Assembly (NCBI GenBank): GCA_963811165.1
Contig: CAWEQH010000004.1
Coordinates: forward strand, 448,001 to 512,000
Direction of reading: 5' to 3'
Source of the DNA: an uncultured Nitrospiraceae bacterium
Lineage (GTDB): Bacteria > Nitrospirota > Thermodesulfovibrionia > Thermodesulfovibrionales > UBA6898
Length of the DNA stretch: 64,000 bases
Shown here: in pieces, positions 8,571-19,938 of the stretch
Layout of the letters: each line of letters starts with the position of its first letter
Position numbering within the stretch: position 1 is the stretch's first letter
Translations under genes and position numbers: made by a program
Notes under the pieces: model-generated
Seen by the model: only the letters and a program-made list of their open reading frames with translations
What the model was told of the DNA's origin: nothing
The model's database searches: none

Positions 8571-10480
8571 ATTAAGCTCATAGGAGAAGACGGAAGCGAA
8601 CAGAATATCGGCGACGTTTCGGAGTTAGAAAAACAGCTCAAAAAATCCAAGGCCATTGCGGTAAAGATCAACGGTCAGCTCCGCGATCTCGGGTCGGTCA
8701 AGTCACTGGGAGAAAACGACGTGGTCGAAGCGGTAACCTTTGATTCGGAGGAGGGCAAGCAGATTTATCGCCACAGCACGTCCCATGTGATGGCCCATGC
8801 CGTGAAAAAACTCTTCCCGGAAGCGAAGGTCGCGATCGGCCCTTCCATCCAGGACGGTTTTTACTACGACTTTGATATCGAAAAGACCTTTACCCCCGAG
8901 GACATCTCCGCCATCGAAAAAGAGATGGATACGCTGACGAAGAAGAACTCGCCTTTCGTCAGGAAAGAGATTTCGAAACAGGAGGCGCTGCAAATTGTTC
9001 TGCGGACATGGGCGAGCCTTATAAGGTCGAACTCCTGAATGACATACCGGATGAAACAGTGACGCTTTACGAGGAAGACGGCTTTGTCGATCTCTGCAGG
9101 GGTCCTCATCTTGCATCGACGGGGAGGATCGCCGCCTTTAAGCTCCTCAGCGTTGCAGGGGCTTACTGGAGAGGCGACGAGAAGAACAAGATGCTCCAGA
9201 GGATCTACGGTACCGCATTTAATGACCGGAAGGACCTGAAGGCATATCTCGATTTCCTCGAGGAGGTCAAAAAACGCGACCACAGGAGACTCGGCAAGGA
9301 ACTGGACCTCTTCAGCATAAGCGACGACATAGGTTCGGGACTCATCCTTTGGCACCCAAACGGCGCATTGATCCGAAAGACGATCGAAGATTTCTGGAGA
9401 AACGAACACCTGAAGGCCGACTATAAGCTCCTCTTTTCCCCCCATATCGCCAAACTCGAACTCTGGAGGAGGTCCGGACACCTCGATTTCTACAGGGAGA
9501 ACATGTATTCCCCGATGGAGATAGAGGGCGTGGACTATGAGCTGAAACCCATGAATTGCCCCTTCCACTTAAGCGTCTACAAGAGTTCGTTGAGGAGTTA
9601 CCGCGATCTGCCGATACGCTACGCCGAACTAGGCACTGTATACCGGTACGAAAGGTCGGGGACCTGCACGGGCTCCTTAGGGTGAGGGGATTTACCCAGG
9701 ACGATGCGCACATCTTTTGCAGGGAGGACCAGATAGAGGAGGAGATACTTGAATATCCTCGATTTTACCCTTTTTATCCTAAAGACGTTCGGATTCGATT
9801 CGTATGACATATATCTTTCTACGCGTCCTGAAAAGTATGTCGGCAGTCCCGAAAACTGGGAAAGGTCGACGAATGCCCTGAAGAACGCGCTTGAGACAAA
9901 GGGCCTGTCGTTTATGGTCGATCCCGGCGAGGGTGTCTTCTACGGCCCGAAGATCGACATCAAGGTGAAGGATTCCCTCGGCCGGGCTTGGCAGTGCAGC
10001 ACGATACAGGTCGATTTCAACAACCCCGAGAGATTCGATATCACGTACAGGGGAGCGGACGGCAAGGAGCACAGGCCGATCATGGTCCATAGGGCGTTGA
10101 TGGGCTCACTCGAAAGGTTCTTCGGGGTCCTGATCGAGCATTATGCCGGGGCCTTTCCGCTCTGGCTGGCCCCGGTCCAGATATCGGTGCTCACCATTTC
10201 GGAGAGGCACGAGAATATGCCGAAAGAGTGTTGCGGCTGCTCTCAGGGCCGGGGCATCAGGGTTGAACTCGATGCCGACAGCGAAAAGATAGGCAATAAG
10301 ATCAGGAAGAGCAGTGTGCGAAAGATCCCGTATTCGGTTATAATAGGAGATAAAGAGGCGTCTGAAGCACAGCAGTAATGCTGAGAAGGCGGAATGGGGA
10401 GAATTTGGGCCCGTTTGCGATTGGATGAATTAATATCTTTTCTTGAGGAAGAGATAAACTCCATGGAGGTGAAAACATAA
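8571..10480 (+). CDS. thrS: Threonine--tRNA ligase (several apparent frameshifts; possible ATT start)
   Basis: [52 protein letters not shown] and [11 protein letters not shown] spread over successive frames; ends TAA 10480. Confidence 0.93.
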
Positions 10481-10996
10481 GCGGGAGAGACGTTGGCAAA
10501 GGCATAAGAGTCAACGAGCAGATCAGGGCAAGGGAGATGAGGGTCATCGACAGTGAAGGCGAGCAGCTTGGAGTGATGACGGTCAGAGAGGCCCTTAGCC
10601 ATGCGGCCGAAAAGGGAACTGGACCTGGTCGAGGTGTCGCCGACAGCGGCGCCGCCCGTATGCAAGATACTTGATTTCGGGAAATACAAGTATCAGCTCA
10701 ATAAAAAACATACCCAGAAAAAGACGATAGACGTCAAAGAGGTCAAGGTAAGGCCGCAGATAAACGAGCATGACCTTGGGTTGAAGATAAGGAACATAAA
10801 CCGCTTCATCGAGGAGGGAGACAAGGCCAAGATCGTGATGTATTTCAGGGGGCGGGAAATCATCCGTCCTGAATTGGGGATGAAGGTCTTCGAAAAAATA
10901 ACCCAGCAGCTGACGGGCAAATTTCAGATCGAGCAGCAGCCAAGACTTGAGGGCAACCACATCACCATGGTAGTTGCCCCCAAATCAGCGGGATAA
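10477..10996 (+). CDS. infC: Translation initiation factor IF-3 (ATA start; apparent frameshift near 10615)
   Basis: GGAGGT-N6-ATA then ...[42 protein letters not shown]. Confidence 0.93.
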
Positions 10997-11076
10997 TAAA
11001 ACCGGAACCAAGGCGGCCGACGTTCAAGCCTGGTTGTCTTTTGTCCATTGTTCTTCAGGGTGCCTGAAAGGTACCC

Positions 11077-11105
11077 GTGACAAATATATTTTTTTAGGTT
11101 ATAAT
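11077..11105 (+). promoter_or_regulatory. Sigma-70 promoter for rpmI-rplT
   Basis: GTGACA-N17-TATAAT. Confidence 0.6.
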
Positions 11106-11196
11106 TATATCTCTTATTTCTGATCGATCAAGAGAAGGATACCGATGCACGAGACTAGTGCGGCTTATTTCCGCATATTATTTTAAGGAGGAAGAG

Positions 11197-11394
11197 ATGC
11201 CAAAGATAAAGACCCACAGAGGGGCAGCAAAGAGGTTTAAAGTGACGGGACCAGGAAAGATCAAGAGGGGAAGGCCTACAAGGGCCATCTCCTGACGACA
11301 AGTCCGCAAAGAGGACGAGAAAGCTGAGGACAGCTGACACTGGTATCTACAAGCGATCATGACGGCATAAAGACGCTTTTGCCGTATCTTATAA
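11197..11394 (+). CDS. rpmI: 50S ribosomal protein L35 (apparent indels)
   Basis: [28 protein letters not shown] ... GHLLT ... LLPY; absent from the ORF track because of frameshifts. Confidence 0.9.
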
Positions 11395-11504
11395 GAAGCA
11401 GCAACTATAACTGTAATCAAGCAGTGAAAGTGCAACTGAAGAATAAGTTTCTGAGTCTGTCCTTTCATACCGCTTTACGTTTCTATGATTTTGAGGAGGA
11501 GAAG

Positions 11505-11861
11505 ATGCCCAGGGCAAAAGGTGGTTTTAAGACAAGAAGAAGAAGGAAGAAGATCCTTGACAGGGCAAGGGATATTACGGCGGAAAAGCCGTCTTTTCAG
11601 AGTCGCGACGGAGACCGTCGAAAGGCGCTTCAGTACGCGTATCGCGACAGGAAGGCGAAGAAACGCGAATTCAGGTCGCTCTGGATAACCAGGATCAGCG
11701 CCGCTGTCCGCGCCATGGGCCTGAATTACAGCCAGTTCATGCACGGCCTGAGGAAGGCCGATATTGTACTGGACAGGAAATCGCTTGCCGATCTGGCGTA
11801 CAGCGATCCCAAGGCGTTTAGCCAGATCGCCGAGACAGTAAAAACACAATTGGCCTCATAA
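11505..11861 (+). CDS. rplT: 50S ribosomal protein L20 (compensating indels)
   Basis: MPRAKGG..., [31 protein letters not shown]. Confidence 0.95.
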   Translation: MPRAKGGFKTRRRRKKILDRARDITAEKPSFQSRDGDRRKALQYAYRDRKAKKREFRSLWITRISAAVRAMGLNYSQFMHGLRKADIVLDRKSLADLAYSDPKAFSQIAETVKTQLAS

Positions 11862-11870
11862 GCGCGTCCG

Positions 11871-12919
11871 GTGGATGAACATCTCTCTCCAGAACAATAC
11901 TCGGTTCACTCACACAGATAGAAGAGACCTTCCGGTCCGACATCGGGAGGGTCGCAACCTTGGCGACCTCCAGCAGGTCAGGGCCAAGTATTCAGGAAAG
12001 AAAGGGCTTTTAACGGAAAAGATGAAGGCCCTTTCCTCGGTCCCCGATCCCATCCAGAAGAAGCGCAATTACGGCAGGACGGATCAACGAGCTAAAGAAT
12101 TTTATCGAGGAGTCGTTAAAGGGCAGGGAACTTCTTCTTAAGGAAGTCGAGCAGGAGAGGCGGCTCCTCACTGAAAAGATAGACATCACCCTCCCGGGTA
12201 AATCCGTTAAGTTCGGCAGAAGACATCCGATAAACCAGGTCCTCTCAGAGATAAAGGACATATTCGTCTCGATGGGTTTCGGGATAGAAGACGGGCCCGA
12301 GGTCGAGCTCGACCACTATAATTTCGAGGCCCTCAATATTCCGAAAGACCATCCGGCCCGGGACATGCAAGACACCTTTTACATCTCCGGCGACGTAGTG
12401 CTTCGGACCCATACCTCTCCGGTACAGGTAAGGGTAATGGAAAAGAGAAAGCCGCCCCTCAAGATCATTGCGCCGGGCAAGGTATACCGCTGCGATGCAG
12501 ATGTCTCCCATACCGCCATGTTCCACCAGGTCGAAGGGCTCATGGTGGACACCGACGTTTCCTTCAGTGACCTTAAGGGTGTGCTCGAATTATTTATCCA
12601 CAGTTTTTTCGGCAAAGAGACCCCTGTGAGGTTCAGGCCCAGCTATTTCCCCTTTACCGAGCCGAGCGCCGAGGTGGATATCGGCTGTGTATTTTGTAAA
12701 GGGAAAGGCTGCAGGGTATGTAAGACAACCGGATGGCTTGAGGTGCTTGGCTCAGGACTTGTCAATCCCAGGGTGTTTGAGATGGCCGGATACGACCCCG
12801 GGCAATACTCCGGGTTTGCCTTCGGCATGGGAGTCGAGAGGATGACGATGCTCAAGTATTCGATAGATGATATACGGCTGTTCTATGAAAACGACCTGAG
12901 GTTTTTAAGGCAATTCTAA
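11871..12919 (+). CDS. pheS: Phenylalanine--tRNA ligase alpha subunit (5' part frameshifted, start approximate)
   Basis: [50 protein letters not shown]. Confidence 0.95.
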
Positions 12920-12976
12920 GAATGAGAACACATAAGAATTTCAATGTTTGTCCAAAATCCGCCATTAAAGACATAT

Positions 12977-13108
12977 GCATGAGAACAGCATCTTCGCTCA
13001 TTCTCGGTCCGTCGAAACGCCGGACCTCCGGGGGCCCCGGCGCGCATTACCGCGAGAGTGATGCAATACGCGCCGCTGACGCCGCTTTGATGCTGTCCTC
13101 ACGCATGC
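12977..13108. repeat. Structured intergenic element, copy 2
   Basis: TGAGAACAGCATC/GATGCTGTCCTCA outer stem enclosing TTCGCTCATTCTCG, two hairpins and GCCGCT, as at 6972-7087. Confidence 0.7.
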
Positions 13109-13132
13109 TCGGTGGCGACTGGACGTGGTAAT

Positions 13133-15190
13133 ATGAAAGTCTCTTTCGAGTGGCTTAAGGATTTTGTGGATGTTCAGGCCTCCCCTCAGGAAGTGGCGCA
13201 CAGGCTTACCATGGCGGGGCTTGAGATAGAGGGCATGGAGACCGTCGGTGACGACATTGTGTTTGAGGTAAATGTGACTCCCAACAGGCCCGACTGCCTC
13301 AGCATTCTGGGCATTGCGAGAGAGGTCGCGGCCGTCTTTTGCTTGCCGCTTAGAATGCCGGATACGGAAGTGAAGGACGTATCTGCCGCCCCCGGCGTTA
13401 CCGTGGAAATCCTCGACCCCGGTCTCTGTAACAGATACACCGGAAGGTCGATTTCGGGAGTGACGGTCGGCGATTCCCCTCAGTGGCTGAAGGACCGGCT
13501 TGAAAGATGCGGCATACGCTCTTTGCACAATAATGTCGTTGACATTACCAATTATGTGCTTTTGGAGCTGGGGCATCCTCTTCATGCCTTCGACGAAGAT
13601 ACATTATACGGCAGAAAGATAAGGGTCGCAAAAGCGGGTGAGGGCAGAAGCATCACTACCCTCGACGGCGCAGAGAGAAGATTATCTCCGGAGATGCTTC
13701 TGATATGGGACGGCAAAGACCCGGTGGCGATCGCAGGTGTTATGGGCGGCGAGGGATCAAGCGTCACCGCCCGAACCGGAAACATCTTTCTTGAGAGCGC
13801 TTACTTCGAACCGACCTCGGTGAGGCGGACATCAAAGGCGCTTGGGTTGAAGACCGAATCATCTTACAGGTTCGAAAGGGGAACAGACATCGTATTTCTC
13901 GAAAAGGCCCTGAACAGGGCAGCCCTTCTTATTGCCCAGACCGGCGGCGGGAAGGTCCATGATATCGTAGATGTCTATCCCGAAAAATATGCGGAGAATC
14001 CGGTAGAGGTGGAATACGAGAAGGTAAATACCTTGCTGGGTACTGCGCTTTCGAAGACCGAGATGCTCGGGACGCTCGATCGCGCGGGTATCCGTACGGA
14101 AGACAGAGGCGGAAAGTTTCTTGCGTACCCGCCTCCCTACAGAAGAGACGTAAGAGAGTATTACGATGTGGTTGAAGAGGTGGCCCGTATCTACGGCTTT
14201 GAAAACATCCCCGCCAGGACCCCCAAGACCACGCTTTCCGACGGTGTGCTTAATTGGAGAGAGATCAATGTCGGCAGGGTGAGGGAGTCGGTCAGAAAGA
14301 CCGGCTTTACCGAAGTGATCAACTATAGCTTTATGAACGGGACCGATCTGGACCTGCTTTCGGTCCCGGGCGGCGACACACGGAGGAGGCATATCAGTGT
14401 CATGAACCCGCTTAGGCAGGAGGACTCCCTCATGAGGACGACCCTTCTGCCCTCTTTGCTTAACAATTTCCTCTATAACCTTTCACGGGGCATGAGGGAC
14501 ATCAGGCTGTTTGAGGTCTCAAAGGTCTTTATAGACGAGGGGGGGGCGCTGCCCAAAGAAGAGCTGATGCTCGGCGGCATCTTCTTTAGAGAAAAACTTC
14601 CCTCTTTATGGAAAGAGGACGCGCCGTCTTTTTTTATCGCCAAGGGGACGATCGACTCTCTCTTAGAAGAGATGAAGATAAAGGAATATTCCTGGGCGCC
14701 TTCGGAAGAGGTCTTCCTTCATAAGGGCAAGTCTGCCGATATTTTGCTCGATGAGACACGGATAGGTTTTATCGGTGAACTCGGCCCGGCTGTCGTCGAA
14801 AAACTTGACCTCAAGATCAATAAACCCGAGATCGTGATGTTTGAGCTGAACCTGGACAAACTTCTTTCCTGCGTCCCCGTCAAGCTTACTTACATGCAGA
14901 TACCAAAATACCCGGCGGTAGAGCGTGACATCGCGATTATCCTGGACGAAGGGACCGCCTCCGCGGAGGTGATGAAAAAACTTACCGGGTATGCCTCCGA
15001 ATGTATCGAACGCGTCGAACTCTTCGACCTTTACAAGGGCAAAAACATCCCTCAGGGGAAAAAGAGCCTCGCCTTCAGGATCACGTACCGTGCTTCCGAC
15101 AGGACGCTGACCGACAACGAGGTCGAAGAGGTGCACGGCGGCCTGGTTGGATATATCCTCAGGGAGACGGGCGGGGAACTTAGGGCGTAG
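13133..15190 (+). CDS. pheT: Phenylalanine--tRNA ligase beta subunit (short form lacking the B2 OB domain)
   Basis: MKVSFEWLKDFV, TPNRPDCLS, VVDITNYV, SYRFERG, EEVARIYG, C-terminal anticodon-binding domain. Confidence 0.95.
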   Translation: MKVSFEWLKDFVDVQASPQEVAHRLTMAGLEIEGMETVGDDIVFEVNVTPNRPDCLSILGIAREVAAVFCLPLRMPDTEVKDVSAAPGVTVEILDPGLCNRYTGRSISGVTVGDSPQWLKDRLERCGIRSLHNNVVDITNYVLLELGHPLHAFDEDTLYGRKIRVAKAGEGRSITTLDGAERRLSPEMLLIWDGKDPVAIAGVMGGEGSSVTARTGNIFLESAYFEPTSVRRTSKALGLKTESSYRFERGTDIVFLEKALNRAALLIAQTGGGKVHDIVDVYPEKYAENPVEVEYEKVNTLLGTALSKTEMLGTLDRAGIRTEDRGGKFLAYPPPYRRDVREYYDVVEEVARIYGFENIPARTPKTTLSDGVLNWREINVGRVRESVRKTGFTEVINYSFMNGTDLDLLSVPGGDTRRRHISVMNPLRQEDSLMRTTLLPSLLNNFLYNLSRGMRDIRLFEVSKVFIDEGGALPKEELMLGGIFFREKLPSLWKEDAPSFFIAKGTIDSLLEEMKIKEYSWAPSEEVFLHKGKSADILLDETRIGFIGELGPAVVEKLDLKINKPEIVMFELNLDKLLSCVPVKLTYMQIPKYPAVERDIAIILDEGTASAEVMKKLTGYASECIERVELFDLYKGKNIPQGKKSLAFRITYRASDRTLTDNEVEEVHGGLVGYILRETGGELRA

Positions 15191-15326
15191 GCAGCACGGG
15201 TTTCCTTCCGGGCACGTTCTCTTTTCTCTTCGTCAGGACCCATCTCTCCTTTTTTTCGCCGACTGTTCATTATTGAATCCTTTTTGATATAGTAGTGATC
15301 ATGTGTCCGAATGACATACCTCTCTT

Positions 15327-17117
15327 ATGAAAAAAGATCCTAAAACCGGTAAGGGACATGCGGTCAGGGCCGAAAAACCGGACGTGAAAGCCAAAAGAAG
15401 TCCGGCCTCCTTCGGAAGTAAGCCCGGGGAAAAAATCCGCGTACAGAAGGGCCGTTCGTCCCGGGCGCTCCCGGCGGCCGGGCAAAGCAGAAAGGCCCAG
15501 GACAGGCTCTTTGATATACTTGAGAGTATTTCCGACGGGTTTTTCACCCTTGACCATACATGGCGGTTTACCTACGTCAATAAGGAGGCGGTGCGGCTTT
15601 GGAGAAAAAGCCTTGACGAATTGATCGGCGGAAGCATATGGGACATCGCCCCTAAAGCGGTCGGCACTGTCTTCGAAAAACTCTATCATAAGGCCGTAGA
15701 TGAACAGGTGCCTGTGGCGTTTGAGGCGCCTTCGCCGCTGCTTGGTGGTGTCTGGGTGGAGGTCCGCGCCTATCCTTCCAGGGAAGGGCTGTCAGTCTAT
15801 TTCCACGACATTACCGAGCGGAAGGCGGCCCAAGAAAATATCTTCCGCCTAAACCGCCTCTATTCCGTCCTGAGCAAGATAAATGAGGCGATCGTCCGCA
15901 TCCGCGAACCGGAGAAACTTTACGAACGGGTCTGCCGCATCGCCGTTGAAGACGGCCTGTTTAAGATGGCATGGATAGGGCTTAAAGATCCGGATACACG
16001 CGTGGTAAAGCCCGTTGCGCGGTGGGGAGATACGGGCGGTTACCTTGAAACGATTAAGGTCGTTGCGGACGATGTGCCGGAAGGCAGGGGTCCCACGGGA
16101 AGAGCGGTCTTTGAAGGAAAACATTTCATATGCAGCGACATAGAACGCGACCCGATCATGAGGCCCTGGCGTGAGAAGGCGCTTAGTCACGGGTTCCGCA
16201 CTTCTGCCGGGTTCCCGCTCCATATCGGCTCAGATGTCATCGGCGCCCTCACCATATACGCCGGCCAGCCGAGTTATTTCACTGAAGAGGAGATAATGCT
16301 GCTTGTTTCGATGGCGGAAGATGTCTCTTTCGCCATGTCCTCGATAGAAAATGAAAGGAGGCGGCAGGCGGCCGAAGATGAGCTGAAGAGGCTCAACGAA
16401 GAACTGGAGCATAAGGTCGCCGAGCGCACTACGAAACTCGAAGCCGCGAACAAGGAGCTGGAGACATTCAGCTATTCCGTCTCCCACGACCTTCGTGCGC
16501 CGCTTAGGACCATCAGCGGATTTTCGCAGATACTGATGGACGACCATGCGGAGAAGCTCGACGATGAGATGAAGAAACACCTCAACATAATTCGGAACAA
16601 CACCCGCAGGATGGACCTATTGATTAATGCCCTGCTGGATTTGTCGAGGATAGGACGGCAGAGGATGGAAATTGCCGGGGTCGACATGGAGAGGCTTGTA
16701 AAGTCCATGATCGGCGGGACCGTGGAAAGCCTGTCCGGACGGCAGATATCTTTTGACGTAAAGACTCTCCCGCCGGCAAGGGGTGATCTTGTTCTGTTAA
16801 GGCAGGTCTTCGAAAATCTTATTTCCAATGCGGTCAAGTTCACCGCTCCCAAAGACAGCGCTTCCGTTGAGGTCGGCGGGTGGACCGAAGAGAAGGAAAA
16901 TGTCTATTATGTGAAAGACAACGGTGCCGGGTTCGATATGAAATATGGGGAAAAACTCTTCGGCGCATTTCAGCGGCTGCACAGCCTAAGGGAATTCGAA
17001 GGGACGGGGATAGGGCTCTCGATCGTCCGCCGCATCATCAGGCGACACGGCGGACGGGTGTGGGCCGAGGGCAGGGTAAACGAAGGGGCGACGTTTTTCT
17101 TTTCCCTTCCTGAATGA
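15327..17117 (+). CDS. PAS-GAF sensor histidine kinase
   Basis: PAS (FTYVNKEA...DITERK), GAF, H-box [26 protein letters not shown]. Confidence 0.92.
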   Translation: MKKDPKTGKGHAVRAEKPDVKAKRSPASFGSKPGEKIRVQKGRSSRALPAAGQSRKAQDRLFDILESISDGFFTLDHTWRFTYVNKEAVRLWRKSLDELIGGSIWDIAPKAVGTVFEKLYHKAVDEQVPVAFEAPSPLLGGVWVEVRAYPSREGLSVYFHDITERKAAQENIFRLNRLYSVLSKINEAIVRIREPEKLYERVCRIAVEDGLFKMAWIGLKDPDTRVVKPVARWGDTGGYLETIKVVADDVPEGRGPTGRAVFEGKHFICSDIERDPIMRPWREKALSHGFRTSAGFPLHIGSDVIGALTIYAGQPSYFTEEEIMLLVSMAEDVSFAMSSIENERRRQAAEDELKRLNEELEHKVAERTTKLEAANKELETFSYSVSHDLRAPLRTISGFSQILMDDHAEKLDDEMKKHLNIIRNNTRRMDLLINALLDLSRIGRQRMEIAGVDMERLVKSMIGGTVESLSGRQISFDVKTLPPARGDLVLLRQVFENLISNAVKFTAPKDSASVEVGGWTEEKENVYYVKDNGAGFDMKYGEKLFGAFQRLHSLREFEGTGIGLSIVRRIIRRHGGRVWAEGRVNEGATFFFSLPE

Positions 17118-17159
17118 GGCGCTGAGGAGACCATAAAGAAGAAAAGATCGCCGAATTTT

Positions 17160-17241
17160 TGTCATCCCGGCTTGACCGGGACCCTTCTTTAAGAATGATT
17201 ATCGACAAGCCTGCCTGCCGGACAGGCAGGCGGGAATGACA
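17160..17241. repeat. REP-like palindromic element between convergent genes
   Basis: TGTCATCCCG...CGGGAATGACA ends; internal CCTGCCTG/CAGGCAGG hairpin. Confidence 0.7.
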
Positions 17242-17265
17242 GGGTACAACCGTTACAGAATCGAT

Positions 17266-17469
17266 CTATCCTTTGATCTTGTATCCGGCCTTGACGATGG
17301 CGTCTTCGATGTCTTGTTTCTTTATGAGTGCTTCGTCGAATGTCACCTTCGCCTGTCCCACCACTACGTCTGATTGGTTGATGCCTTTGAGTCCCTCGAT
17401 CGCTTTTTTTACCCTCATCACACAGTGCTGGCAGGACATCCCTTCGATAGCTATGGTTGTTTCAGTCAT
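17266..17469 (-). CDS. copZ: Copper chaperone / HMA domain protein
   Basis: GMSCQHC motif, 67 aa, AAGGAG RBS. Confidence 0.88.
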   Translation of the reverse strand: MTETTIAIEGMSCQHCVMRVKKAIEGLKGINQSDVVVGQAKVTFDEALIKKQDIEDAIVKAGYKIKG

Positions 17470-17505
17470 GTTTTCTCCTTTTAATAGAGTTTGGGCTGAT
17501 TATCT

Positions 17506-18741
17506 CTACACATTAACAGTAAGTATTTTCCTGACGATCTCCGGGTAGGTTGCGATGAAGCGAAGTTCGTCGTCCGTGAGCGCTTTCTGCGTATGGAGGT
17601 TGGCGTACTGGACGAGTTCGAGGACCTTTCTGGCCTCGTCGTCGGTCCGGAAATGGATGCCCAGTTTATCGTAGACATGCCTGAACCCTTTGACCCCGCC
17701 GTATTCTCCCGTTGTGATGATCCTGCCTGTTTCGAGCAGTTCGGGTTCGCCCCTGCCGACGTCTTCGGGATCATAGAGCTCGTAATTGCGCCTGTCTTTC
17801 AGCGCCCCGTCAGCATGTATCCCGGATTCATGGGCAAAGGCGTTTGAGCCGATCCCTGGCTGATTGATCGGGATCGGGAGGCCGAATGCGTAGGAAGCGT
17901 ATCTGGCGACCTTCCAGGACCTTTTCAGGTCTACATGCTCATCGAGGTGTACCTTCCGGCTCAGTCCGTGCGAGAACTTAAGGGCGAGGATTGTCGAAAC
18001 CAGGTCGCAGTTTCCGCAGCGTTCGCCGTATCCGTTTAAGGTAGTATTAATGTAGGTATCGACCCCCATTTCAATCGCACCCTGTGCACCGGCACACGAC
18101 ACGGCTTCGGCCATTCCGAGATCGTTGTGGCAGTGCATCTCAAGAGGGAACTTCGTTGCGGAGGCGAGCGCCTTGATCCTCTCGTAGATCGTGATCGGGT
18201 CGTCGGCACCGAGTGTGTCGCAGTATCTGAAGCGGTCTGCCCCGGCCTCTTTGCCGGCAAGCGTGAAGTCGATGAGCCGTTGCAGTTCCGTCCTCGAGGC
18301 ATCTTCGGCGTTTATCCCCACCGTCTCGGCCCCCAGTTCCCTGGCTGTTGCGACCGCCGCGACCATCGACTTTACTATGTCTTTCCAGGTCTTTTTTCCC
18401 AGGAACTTGCCGTGTATCATGATTTCGGAGGTGGACATGGAGATGTTTAGGTGCTTTATGTCGGGGCAGTTCTTAAAGGCAAGCCTCACGTCTTCTGGGA
18501 TCGCCCTGCACCACCCCTCCAGGTGGGTCCTTTTTATTGCGCCGACTTTCGCCAGTTCCAGGTTGCCGTTTATGTAGTTGACCTCGTGCTTGAGGGTCGG
18601 GAACCCTATCTCGCTCTGAAAGACCCCCATCTCGTCGAGATAGATATTGAGCATGGTCTTAGAAAGCTTCGGAAGCAGGATGCGCGACGTCTGCACCCCG
18701 TCCCTGTTGGTAACGTCTATGAGATATACTTTTCCCGGCAT
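17506..18741 (-). CDS. DRE-TIM metallolyase: homocitrate-synthase-like, probably Re-citrate synthase
   Basis: DVTNRDGVQ, HCHNDLGMA, NGYGERCGN, FAHESGIH. Confidence 0.8.
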   Translation of the reverse strand: MPGKVYLIDVTNRDGVQTSRILLPKLSKTMLNIYLDEMGVFQSEIGFPTLKHEVNYINGNLELAKVGAIKRTHLEGWCRAIPEDVRLAFKNCPDIKHLNISMSTSEIMIHGKFLGKKTWKDIVKSMVAAVATARELGAETVGINAEDASRTELQRLIDFTLAGKEAGADRFRYCDTLGADDPITIYERIKALASATKFPLEMHCHNDLGMAEAVSCAGAQGAIEMGVDTYINTTLNGYGERCGNCDLVSTILALKFSHGLSRKVHLDEHVDLKRSWKVARYASYAFGLPIPINQPGIGSNAFAHESGIHADGALKDRRNYELYDPEDVGRGEPELLETGRIITTGEYGGVKGFRHVYDKLGIHFRTDDEARKVLELVQYANLHTQKALTDDELRFIATYPEIVRKILTVNV

Positions 18742-18870
18742 ATAACCCTCTCTGCTTTCACGATTATTCGATTTTACGGTTTGCGGACGAAATTAATTAT
18801 ACCATAGAAAACTAGTGGAAAAGAAACTGTTACTTTGTTAAAATTATAGACGTTTTTTTAGGGGGTGGTT

Positions 18871-19611
18871 ATGGATTTCAAAGGACAGGTCGCTCTGGTA
18901 ACGGGCGGCGCAAGGGGCATAGGGAAAACTATTGCAGAGAACCTTGCGAAAAAGGGTGTGGCCCTCGCTATTGCCGATGTGTCGGTTGAGAGCGCCGGGG
19001 AGACGGCAAGAGAACTTGCATCATTAGGCGTAAAGACGTCGGCGCTCAGGCTCGATGTCTCGAAATCCGACCAGGTGGTGAAGGCGTTCGAGGATATCGT
19101 AAGAGAGTTCGGCAGGCTCGACATAGTGGTGAACAACGCCGGTATTACAAAGGACGGCCTTGTGCTGAGGATGAAAGAAGAGGACTGGGACGCGGTCATC
19201 AATATAAACCTCAAGGGCGTTTTCCTCTGTTCGAAAGAGGCGGTGAAGGTGATGGTGAAACAGAAGTACGGGAGGATAATCAATATCGCCTCGGTCGTCG
19301 CCTTCATGGGAAACCCGGGCCAGGCCAATTACAGCGCCTCCAAGGCGGGAATCGTGGGGCTGACAAAAACCGTCGCCCGGGAATATGCCAGCAGGGGAAT
19401 TACCGTCAATGCGGTGGCCCCCGGTTTTATTGCAACGGCGATGACGGACGCCCTTGCTGAAAATGTAAAGCGAGAAATGTTAAAATCTATACCGGTCGGA
19501 AAATTCGGGTCCGTGGATGATGTTGCAAACGCCGTCGCTTTCCTCGCATCGCCGGAGTCGGGGTATATCACGGGACACGTGATACATGTCAATGGTGGAA
19601 TGTATATGTGA
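18871..19611 (+). CDS. fabG: 3-oxoacyl-ACP reductase
   Basis: TGGARGIG, NNAGITKD, YSASK; fab operon context. Confidence 0.95.
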   Translation: MDFKGQVALVTGGARGIGKTIAENLAKKGVALAIADVSVESAGETARELASLGVKTSALRLDVSKSDQVVKAFEDIVREFGRLDIVVNNAGITKDGLVLRMKEEDWDAVININLKGVFLCSKEAVKVMVKQKYGRIINIASVVAFMGNPGQANYSASKAGIVGLTKTVAREYASRGITVNAVAPGFIATAMTDALAENVKREMLKSIPVGKFGSVDDVANAVAFLASPESGYITGHVIHVNGGMYM

Positions 19612-19707
19612 GGATTTATCATAGAGAATAGGGTGGCATGCCGGAGGCATGCGACCGGTCTTGTTCAGAGATGCATTTAAATTTGAAATTATGCGGGAGG
19701 TATAGTA

Positions 19708-19938
19708 ATGAATGACGAAAAGGTGAAAGAGATTATCGCAAAGCAGCTGGGCGTGAACATCGCCGAAGTGACGCCGGAGGCTTCGTTCGTCGAAGATCTG
19801 GGCGCGGACTCGCTCGATACCGTGGAACTCGTGATGGCCTTTGAAGAGACCTTCAATATAGAAATCCCCGATGAGGATGCGGAAAAGATAACGAAGGTAA
19901 AAGACGCTATAGAATATATAAAGAACAAACAGTCTTAA
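19708..19938 (+). CDS. acpP: Acyl carrier protein
   Basis: [14 protein letters not shown]. Confidence 0.97.
   Translation: MNDEKVKEIIAKQLGVNIAEVTPEASFVEDLGADSLDTVELVMAFEETFNIEIPDEDAEKITKVKDAIEYIKNKQS

Noticed and set aside
11110..11196. L20 leader RNA
   Set aside because: Hairpins are present and the position is plausible, but I could not match the consensus.
8571..12919. Pseudogenisation or programmed frameshifting of thrS/infC/rpmI/rplT/pheS
   Set aside because: These are essential genes with conserved motifs on both sides of each break and no consistent slippery site; sequencing error is more likely.
17506..18741. Gene symbol nifV
   Set aside because: Motifs and promoter type fit Re-citrate synthase better, so the symbol was withheld.
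19634..19650. Sigma54 promoter before acpP
   Set aside because: GG-N10-GC spacing but no TTGC; better explained as a GCATGCC/GGCATGC hairpin.
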